Shown one piece after another: positions 53,757-64,000 of a stretch of DNA of 64,000 nucleotides. The DNA is from an uncultured Planctomycetaceae bacterium. GTDB taxonomy: Bacteria; Planctomycetota; Planctomycetia; Planctomycetales; Planctomycetaceae. Location of the stretch: NCBI GenBank assembly GCA_963813715.1, contig CAWFAK010000009.1, positions 128,001 through 192,000 on the forward strand. Direction: 5' to 3'. Both the position numbers and the translations under genes were made by a program. Numbering within the stretch: position 1 is the stretch's first letter; the number at the start of each line of letters is the position of its first letter. Below the pieces are notes generated by a model. That model saw nothing but the letters and a program-made list of their open reading frames with translations, was not told the origin of the DNA and did not search any database.

Positions 53757-56156
53757 TCACTTTTCGTCGCGCCTCAATGATGAACAAGCTGCGCCTAGCG
53801 GTTGCGATTCTGCTGACCGCTCTTGTCCTTCCGGTCTGCTGGGGCCTGGCAATTGTCGCGGCCTCGACCGGAGGTCGCAGCATTGGCGCCTATACGCTCA
53901 TTTCGCTCGCGGCAACCTGTGTCGTCGTTGCCCTCAATTTTCACTTGAGTGGCCGACCGTCGTCCAAAGTTCGCGGATTCGCGGTGTTTGGCGCGGCCTT
54001 GATTCTCTGGGCCGCGGTCGTCGCCGGCTGGGTTGCCTTCTCGAACGGGCCTGCGCTTCCCGGTTGGCTCGTCTTTTTGGGGCTTTTTCCGGCCACCTTG
54101 TGGATCGCCTGGAGCGCGTGGATGTTTGTCGCTCCTCTGCGGTGGAGCCTACGGCTGGGTACGTTGGCGCTGTTCGCGTTATTGATCGCGCCGTTCGTCT
54201 ATTACTTCCAGATTGAGGGGGCCACCGCCAACGGACGGATCGACTTCGATCTTCGACCGCCGCACAGCCTCAGCCGAGTCGTTCGCTCCGCATTCGCCGA
54301 TCTCACCGGACGGGAAATCGTCCTCCTTCCCAAGAGCGAATCTCCGCCGCCTGACGCGGTGACCGGCGTCAAGAGCCTCTATACCAAGTACGAATATCGA
54401 ATCCCGATGCGGGACGGCAAACAGTTGTTTACGGCGGTTTATGTTCCGAAGGATGACGCAAAGCCTTATCCAATCCTGCTTTATCGGACCCCCTACAGCA
54501 TCCGACCCTACGGCGCCGATCAATTCCGCGAGCAGCTTGGTCCTTCGCCCCAGTTAGAGAAATCGGGCTACATCTTCGCTTATCAAGACGTGCGCGGCCG
54601 CTGGATGTCCGAGGGAGAGTTTGTGCACATGCGGCCGTGCAAAGACGTGAAGACGGGGCCCGCAGACGTCGACGAAAGTACGGACACGTACGACACCATC
54701 GACTGGCTGCTCAAGCACGTGCCCAACAATAACGGCAAGGTCGGCCTGTGGGGCATCTCCTATCCCGGGTTTTATGCGGCCGCCGGAATGATCGGCGCGC
54801 ACCCGCGCTGTTGGCCGTCTCTCCGCAAGCGCCGATCACGGACTGGTTCATGGGCGACGACTGGCACCACAACGGTGCATTGATTCTCGCGCACATGTTC
54901 AGCTTCATGTCGCGAAACGACAGGCCCCGCCCCGCTCCGACCAAAACGCTCGACACGACCTTCGACTACAAAACACCCGACGGCTACGCCTTTTTCATGA
55001 AGCTCGGTTCGTTGCTCGACGCCGGCCGACACTACCTCCGCGGCAAATCCACATTCTGGGATGAGTCGCTTCAGCACGGCACTTACGACGATTTTTGGAA
55101 GTCGCGGAATCTGCGACCACACATTCAGCACATCCAGCCGGCGGTGCTCACGGTGGGAGGCTGGTTCGACGCTGAGAACCTCTTTGGGTCGCTGGAGGTG
55201 TTCCGCGCCCTTGAGAAGAATTCGCCGGCGACGACCAGCGAGCTGGTGATGGGACCCTGGTCGCATGGCGGCTGGGCCGAGACCGACGGCGCGGCGCTGG
55301 GAGACGTTCACTTCGACACCAAGACCTCGGACTTCTACCGCAGCGAAATTGAATTCCCGTTCTTCGAGCACACCCTGAAGGGCAAGCCCCAGCCGCAGTG
55401 TCCAAAGGCTTGGATCTTTGAGACCGGTACCAACGTCTGGCGAAAATGGGCGAGCTGGCCCCCCCGAAACGCGCGCCCAAAGTCGTTCTATTTGCGCGAG
55501 AAGGGAAAACTCGAAGAAGTCGCCCCGGCGGGCTCGGGCGAAAATGCGACGGGCGAGTGGGACGAATACGTCAGCGATCCGTCACATCCAGTTCCTTACA
55601 CGGAGAAAATCGTTGCCCGCATGAGCAAGGACTACATGACGGCCGACCAGCGATTTGCGTCGCGCCGGCCCGATGTGTTGGTTTACACCAGCGATGTGCT
55701 GAAGAAAGACGTGACCGTCGCCGGACCGATCCAAGCCGATCTGTTCGTTTCGACCACAGGGACCGATTCGGATTGGATCGTCAAACTGATCGACGTTTAC
55801 CCGGACGAATATCCCGACCGTCCGGGCTCGGACACCCACATGGGCGGCTATCAACAACTGGTTCGCGGCGACGTCATGCGCGGCAAATTTCGCGAAAGTT
55901 TTGAAAAGCCTCAGCCGTTCGTTTCCGGTAAGCCGGAAAACTTGAAATTCACCTTGCAAGATATCTGCCACACGTTTCGGTCCGGACATCGGATCCTGGT
56001 GCAAGTGCAGTCGACATGGTTTCCCTTGGTGGACCGCAACCCGCAGACGTTCATGGACATCAACCGGCGCAGCCCAAGGACTTTCACCCCGCAACACAGC
56101 GGGTCTACCATTCACGCAATAGGGCGTCGCGACTTTCCGTCCTCGTTCTGCCGTGA
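53753..56156 (+). CDS. CocE/NonD family hydrolase with N-terminal multi-TM anchor (indels ~54805 and ~56065)
   Basis: IPMRDG, RTPY, QDVRGR, GISYPG nucleophile, GGWFDAEN, GPWSHG, RFASRRPDV. Confidence 0.88.
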
Positions 56157-56273
56157 GCGACTCGGAGCAAGGAGCCTTCTGCCGGCGCGGGGCAAATTCG
56201 TCGATTTCCGCTGCTTGCGAAGCCTAAGTCGCCGCCATAGGATCGACCAACAGTTCATTTTTGCGTGCTTCAC

Positions 56274-56819
56274 ATGCCCATCGCCGACAGCGTCAAGCTC
56301 GCCGCCAACGTCTCCATCCCCCAGCCATCGCTTGTCAATTTGTATGGCTGCAGTGTGGGAGAGGAGACCAAGATCGGCACGTTTGTGGAAATTCAGAAGA
56401 ATGCCCGTGTCGGTCGGAGGTGCAAGATCTCCTCGCACAGCTTCATTTGCGAGGGGGTGACGATTGAGGACGAAGTCTTTGTCGGCCACGGGGTGATCTT
56501 CACGAACGACATTTACCCGCGGGCGACCGATGATGCGGGACGCCTGCAGACCGATGCCGATTGGCAAGTGATCCCCACGCACGTCAAGTCCCGAGCCTCG
56601 ATCGGCAGTCACGCGACGATCCTTCCCGGGCTGACGGTCGGAACCGGCGCGCTCGTCGGCGCGGGAGCAGTCGTCACCCGCGACGTGCCTGATTTTGCCA
56701 TCGTCGTTGGCGTGCCAGCTCGCGTGGTCGGCGACGTGCGGACTCGTAACGTCCGCTCACACGCCGCAACCGCGCTCCGATCGAGTCAGGAGGACGTCCG
56801 GTCGGATCCGGCTGTTTAA
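56274..56819 (+). CDS. Hexapeptide-repeat N-acyltransferase (WbpD-like)
   Basis: [34 protein letters not shown]. Confidence 0.9.
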   Translation: MPIADSVKLAANVSIPQPSLVNLYGCSVGEETKIGTFVEIQKNARVGRRCKISSHSFICEGVTIEDEVFVGHGVIFTNDIYPRATDDAGRLQTDADWQVIPTHVKSRASIGSHATILPGLTVGTGALVGAGAVVTRDVPDFAIVVGVPARVVGDVRTRNVRSHAATALRSSQEDVRSDPAV

Positions 56820-56862
56820 CATTTCTTGCCCCGGCACCGCCATCTCTTCGGGACCCGCGACA

Positions 56863-57959
56863 ATGATTCCACTGGTCGACCTGCAAGCTCAGTACCGCAG
56901 CATCAAAGCCGAGGTCGATCTCGCTGTGGCCCGGGTCATGGAAAACGGGCAATTCATTTTGGGCCCTGAGGTCGAGGCATTTGAAACCGAGTTCGCCGCG
57001 TTCTGTGGGGCGAAGTTTGCCGTGGGACTCAACTCGGGGACGAGCGCCCTGCACTTGGCGCTCTTGGCCGCGGGAATTGGGGCGGGGGACGAAGTGATTA
57101 CCGTCCCGATGACGTTTGTGGCCACCGTCGCGGCCATTCTTTACACCGGGGCGCGGCCCGTCTTCGTCGATATTGATTCTCAGTCGTGCACGATGGATCC
57201 CGAGCGTTTGGAAGCCGCCGTCACGCCGCGGACCAAGGCGATCCTCCCCGTGCATCTTTACGGTCGCGTGGCGGAGATGGATCCGATCATGGCCGTTGCG
57301 AAACGCCACAATCTGCTGGTGATTGAAGACGCGGCGCAGGCCCACGCGGCGGCCTATCACGGGCGTAAGGCCGGGACGATCGGTGCGATTGGCTGCTTTA
57401 GCTTTTATCCGGGAAAGAACCTGGGCGCCTACGGGGAAGCGGGCGCCGTGGTGACCGACGATCCCGAGATCGGCGCACGATCCGGATGCTGCGGAACTGG
57501 GGGCAGGAGCGGCGGCACCACCACGAACGCAACGGCTATAACTATCGACTCGAAGGGATGCAGGCCGCCGTCTTGCGCGTGAAGTTGCGACGGCTCGGCG
57601 ACTGGACGGAAGCCCGCCGCGCGCATGCCCGTCTCTACGATCGCCTGCTGGCGGACGGCCCCGTGGCAACGCCCGCCGTCGCCCCGGACGGGCAGCACGT
57701 CTATCACATTTATGGCGTGCGGACGAACCGCCGAGACGAAGTTCTGGCCCAGCTCGAAAAGCAAGGAATTCAGGCATCCGTCCATTACCCCTTCCCCGTG
57801 CACCTGCAACGCGGTTACGCCGAACTAGGCTATCGGGAAGGCGATTTTCCGGTCTCAGAAGCACTCGCCCGGGAAGAGCTTTCGCTCCCCTTATATCCCG
57901 AATTGACCGAGGAACAGATTCGCACAGTCGCGACTGCTGTTCGAAACGCGACCCGGTGA
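56863..57959 (+). CDS. DegT-family sugar aminotransferase 2 (WbpE/FdtB-like), indel near 57480
   Basis: [43 protein letters not shown]. Confidence 0.92.
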
Positions 57960-58062
57960 TCATCGGCCATCCGGTCACGCGCGCGAGCACTCGCCTGGTG
58001 GACGGGAAAGAAACTCTCCGCAGCGCCAACCCGACTGGTTTGTGACGCGCGCCGTCTCGCCC

Positions 58063-58811
58063 CTATGCCTTGCGGGCATAGGTGATCAGAAACGAGCCGA
58101 ACCGGTCGCGCAAGAGCGGCAGATCAAAGCAGCGATCAAAGAGGTTGTAAGCCGGCAGGAACATGAGCGCCGCGCGGCTGGCGATGTGCTTGTAGGCGAT
58201 GCCGGAAATCGCCGAGACCTCCACTTGGACGAAGGGCTCGACCTGAAAGGCCCGATAAAGCGCGGCTTTGGCCAGCGGTTCTTCGTTCTCGGTCACACCC
58301 TTCGACGAGTAAAAAGGGGACCTTTTGCAGCGATACATCCACATGGCCGGGTTGCCGCGATGCGGATCGCAGGCGAGGAGAATTCCGCCCGGTTTGAGAA
58401 TTCGCCCGCACTCGGCCACGGTACGCGTCAGGTCGGGAAAGTGGTGCAGCACGGAGCTGAGAAAGACGACGTCGAAGTCCCCGGCGGGGAAGGGGGTCGC
58501 CTCGATGTCTCCCAAGTGAAAACTAATCTGCGGAAACTTGTGCGCGGCGCGTGCCACGCTCTGGGGCGAAATGTCGACGCCGTGCAGGTCGAAACCGTAG
58601 CGCTGCAGCCGCGACGTGAACGCACCTGTGCCACAGCCCAGGTCGACTGCCTTGAGAGTGCCCGGGCGGGAAGAGATCAACGGCTGCAGATGAGCGTCGA
58701 AAGCGCGCAGAATCCGCTCGTACCCGCGGTGAGTAAAGACTTCATAGTCGCGGTGCCGCGTGAGGTCGTCAAAAAAGGTAATCTCCGCCGATTTCTGCTG
58801 CGCACGGCCAT
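58063..58811 (-). CDS. Class I SAM-dependent methyltransferase (start uncertain, indel near 58805)
   Basis: VDLGCGTG, GVDIS, VLHH, RILKPGG; the frame stays open upstream to about 58803 (QQKSAEITFFDD). Confidence 0.85.
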
Positions 58812-58887
58812 TTTTTGTTGGGCGCCGTCGGTTTTCGGCTGTGCGGTGCTGGCTTTCTGAGCGGGGATCGAAGAGTTTGACAATGAA

Positions 58888-58921
58888 GCGTCGTTCCGAA
58901 TCGAGATGCGTCGTTCCGAAT
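58888..58921 (+). repeat. 14-bp direct repeat GCGTCGTTCCGAAT, two copies, 20-bp period
   Basis: Exact copies at 58888-58901 and 58908-58921, between divergent genes. Confidence 0.7.
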
Positions 58922-59252
58922 GGGCTTCAACCGAGACAGTGAGGCGGGCACGGCGGCCGGCCTGCAGGCGTCATCGCGGACCGGGCGTTTGTCGGGTAAT
59001 TTGCCAGAATACCATCCACTTCGACTTGCCGGAACCGAGGCGATAGAGACGGCCAATCGGCCGGCGCATGGCCCGATCAGCCGCCGACCGGGGGAACGCT
59101 CCGATCAGAAACGCACTAGGCTGCAAGGGTCGCTTCGACGTAGTATTTTCTAGGGTACCAGTAGATTATGTCGGTACCGGTTGGGTGTTGGCAGATCTGT
59201 CGACGTCCGCCAGTTTCTCTGAAGCCCTCTCAAGTCGCTGAGGCGTTCCGAT

Positions 59253-60905
<1,653 letters not shown>

Positions 60906-60909
<4 letters not shown>

Positions 60910-62036
60910 TCGCACAAGCGGCGACGCCGCGGGTGGTGCTGGCGAAGATCGGGCTCGACGGACACGACCGCGGCGTGAAGGTCGTGGCCCGCGGTCTGCG
61001 CGATGCCGGCTTTCACGTGATCTACGCCGGCCTCTGGCAGCCGATCGAGGCGGTCGTCCAAACCGTACTGGACGAGGACGCCGACTGGCTGGGCATCAGC
61101 CTTTTGAGCGGCGCCCACATGACGCTCATCCCGCCGCTGATGGACAAGCTGCGGCAGAACGGTCTCGACCGCGTCGGCGTGCTCATCGGCGGCATCATCC
61201 CGGAAAAAGACGTTCCGAAGCTGCTCGAGCTGGGCGTGCGATCCGTCGCCGGACCCGGCACCACGATTCCGGAGATTGTCGAGCGGATGCACCAACCGGA
61301 AGAGCATCCGGCGGTCGAGGACCTGATCCGCCGTTTTCGCCAAAAAGATCGCCGCGCGCTGGCCCGCTTGCTGACGCTGGCATCGCGGGGCGAAGCGCTC
61401 GACGCGCTGCGGCACGAATTGGCCGAGCGGCCGAAGAGTTGTCGAGTGGCCGCCTTCACCGGCAGCGGCGGCGTGGGAAAGAGTAGCCTGATCGGCCGGT
61501 CGGTCGAGCTGCTGCGCTCGCGGAACCAGTCAGTGGCCGTGCTGTGTTGCGACCCGGAAAGCCCGCTCACCGGCGGCGCGCTCCTGGGGGACCGCTTGCG
61601 AATTGCCAAGCCGGCCGACGACGCGGGCGTCTTCATCCGCAGCCTGGCCACGCCCGGAGGGCAGCAGGCGATCGCCAAGAATCTCGACGTGATGATGGCC
61701 CTGCTCGCGGCCTACGGCTTCGACACGGTGATTCTCGAAACGGTCGGAGCTGGGCAGGGAGACACAGCCGTCCGCGAGCAAAGCGACGTGCTGGTGGTCC
61801 TGCTGCAGCCGGAATCGGGCGACGAGCTGCAATGGGAAAAAGCCGGCCTGCTGGAAGTGGCCGACATCGTCGTGGTGCACAAGGCCGACCTGCCGGGATC
61901 CGACCGGATGGCGGCCCAGGTCCACGAACATCTGAATTTACCGGGCGCTCGCCCGATTCCCGTACTCAAGGCAAGCGCGGCCAAGGGGCAGGGACTCGAA
62001 GAATTATGGGCGAAGATCGAAGAGCCGCGGGGCTGA
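60906..62036 (+). CDS. Cobalamin-binding small subunit fused to MeaB/ArgK GTPase
   Basis: DGHDRG and SLLSGAH, then [24 protein letters not shown] and HKAD in one intact ORF; GTGA-coupled. Confidence 0.9.
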
Positions 62037-63680
62037 ACGGACTGCCGTTTTCGACTGAGCGAATTCGCGGGCGGGCCGACTACGACCGCGTGCGCTCCGA
62101 GTTTCGCTGGCAATGCCCGGAGAATTTCAACTTCGGGTTCGACGTCGTCGATGGGTGGGCGGCCACCTCGCCGGACCACACCGCGCTGCACTGGGTCGGT
62201 CCGGGCGGCGAGCAAACGATTACGTACGGCCAGCTCGCCGATCGCTCCGGTCGCTTCGCGCGGGCCGTCCGGTCGCTGCCCATCGCACCGGGCGATCGCG
62301 TGCTCGTCATTCTGCCTCGTGTGCCCGAGTGGTGGGAGGCTTTGATCGGCTTGCTCAAGGCGGGCGTGATTGCCATCCCGGGCACCACCCTGCTCACTCC
62401 CAAAGATCTGGCCTATCGGATCGAATTGGCCGGAGTCACCGCCGTCATCACTGACGTGGAAGGTGCCGAAAAAATCGACGCGATGGGCAACGCGCCGACG
62501 GGGCTCAAGCAGCGAATTCTCGTCGGCACAGAGACGCGGCCTGGCTGGCAGTCGTACGCCGAGCTGCTGGCGGCCCAACCGGCGCCGCTGGAGCGATTGG
62601 CCACGCGGTGCGACGATCCGGCTCTCGTCTATTTCACGTCGGGCACGACGGGCATGCCGAAAATGGTGCTGCACACGCACGCCAGTTACGGCATCGGCCA
62701 TCAGATCACCGGGCGATTCTGGCTCGATCTGACGCCGGATGACCTGCACTGGAACGTGTCGGACACCGGCTGGGCCAAGGCCGCCTGGTCGAGCGTCTTC
62801 GGGCCTCTCGGTTGCGGGACCAGCCTGTTCGTCCATCATACGCCGGGCAAATTCCAGCCGGCCGACGTGCTCGACTGCCTCACTCGCTATCCGATCACCA
62901 CACTGTGTGCCGCTCCGACGATCTATCGCTTCCTGGTGAAGCTCGACCTGAGCTCGTTTCGACCGGCCGCGCTACGGCACTGCGTGGCGGCGGGCGAACC
63001 CCTCAATCCCGAAGTGATCAACGTCTGGAAGCAGGCGACCGGACTGACGATCCGCGACGGCTACGGCCAGACCGAAACGGTGCTCGTCTGCGGCAACTTC
63101 CCCGGAGTGAACGTGAAGCCTGGCTCGATGGGCCTCCCGTCTCCCGGTTTCGACCTGGCCGTGATCGACGACGAAGGCCGCCGCAAACCTGTCGGCGAAG
63201 ACGGCGACCTGGCACTGCGCATCGAGCCCGAGCGTCCCGCTCGGCTTGTTTCGGGAATACTGGCGCGACCCGCAAGCCACGGCAAACGCCTTTCGGCAAG
63301 GCTGGTATCGCACGGGCGATTGCGGGCATGTCGATGCCGAGGGCTACTTCTGGTTCGCCAGCCGCGCCGACGACGTGATCAACAGCTCGGCCTATCGCAT
63401 CGGGCCGTTCGAGGTGGAGAGCGCACTCGTCGAACATCGGGCCGTCGTCGAGGCGGCGGTCGTCGGCAAGGCCGACGCGGAGCGAGGCGAAATCGTCAAG
63501 GCGTTCGTCGTGCTGGCCAAAGGACACATAGCCTCGGAGTCGCTCAAACACGAGCTGCAAGAGCACGTCAAACACACGACCGCGCCCTACAAATATCCGC
63601 GCGAGATCGAGTTCGTCGACGAGCTGCCCAAAACGGTCAGCGGCAAAATCCGTCGCGTCGACCTGCGCAATCGCCATTGA
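62006..63680 (+). CDS. Acyl-CoA synthetase (short/medium-chain, ACSM-like), indel near 63245
   Basis: FNFGFDVVD, YFTSGTTGMPK, SDTGWAK, AGEPLNP, DGYGQTE, YRIGPFEVES, PYKYPR, LPKTVSGK. Confidence 0.92.
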
Positions 63681-63936
63681 GCCGACGAGTCGTTCAGCAA
63701 CCTGGCCATCCTCGATATTGCCGATCTCGAAAATCAACCCGGGATCATCCACGTCAACGACCAGCCTCTGTGCAGCCATGAGACGTACCTGGTCGTCAAT
63801 CAACCGTTACAGAACCCGGTGCCGGGGGCCGAAGAGCCGCTTCACGCAAGTGCGCGGCCTCGGGATGGGGGCCATTGGCGGAGCGATACCCGCCCTGTCG
63901 GCCGTCCGGCTCAAGCCGTTCGAGGCCCTGCGGTAA
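63681..63936 (+). pseudogene. Remnant of a MacB/FtsX-type ABC permease with a large internal deletion
   Basis: ADESFSNL...PLCSHETYLVVNQP...RFTQVRG is joined directly to the permease-like terminus LGMGAIGGAIPALSAVRLKPFEALR*; no start codon. Confidence 0.5.
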
Positions 63937-64000
63937 CGCGGCCGGGGGAGTTCCGCGGACACTCCGCGTTTTGATTGCTCTTTGCGACTTCGGGCAGGCG

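Noticed and set aside
58922..59252. Cobalamin riboswitch upstream of the mutase
   Set aside because: I could not find the conserved B12-box or GGGAA/GCCACTG arrangement; an Infernal scan would settle it.
61544..63781. 745-aa ORF as an extended or fused synthetase
   Set aside because: The N-terminal ~150 aa overlaps the MeaB gene out of frame and the tail is post-frameshift nonsense; the real gene spans about 62006-63680.
63678..63830. Stop-codon readthrough or selenocysteine at the synthetase TGA
   Set aside because: The synthetase ends at its normal C-terminus (SGKIRRVDLR), and the downstream frame is better explained as a permease relic.

Overview
High-GC bacterial chromosomal segment, very probably a Planctomycete. 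The evidence is a DWPQW-type PQQ propeller, an MRLTLRTLLAYLDD membrane protein, MfnB and the futalosine pathway. About 40 protein-coding genes are supported. Roughly 30 single-base indels split otherwise intact genes, including housekeeping ones, which I read as long-read sequencing error. Main content: (1) dinB-ispD-mfnB, and an anti-sigma/FecR-like gene followed by ubiA(mqnP)-mqnE-DUF1805-VOC; (2) a small accessory patch with a primase-less AAA_25 helicase-like gene ending in an origin-like repeat/palindrome structure; (3) secreted hydrolases and low-complexity repeat proteins; (4) a ~22 kb surface-glycosylation locus with three GT-C-like membrane transferases (two are tandem paralogs with an internal duplication), a polyprenyl-phosphate GT2, two amino-sugar branches, a sulfotransferase/deacetylase pair, a FemAB-like GNAT, a membrane-anchored CocE hydrolase and a methyltransferase; (5) a B12 acyl-CoA mutase operon with isobutyryl-CoA-mutase signature residues, a B12-domain-MeaB fusion and an acyl-CoA synthetase. 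I found no tRNA, rRNA, CRISPR array, integrase or transposase. All family assignments come from motif recognition by eye; no searches were run.
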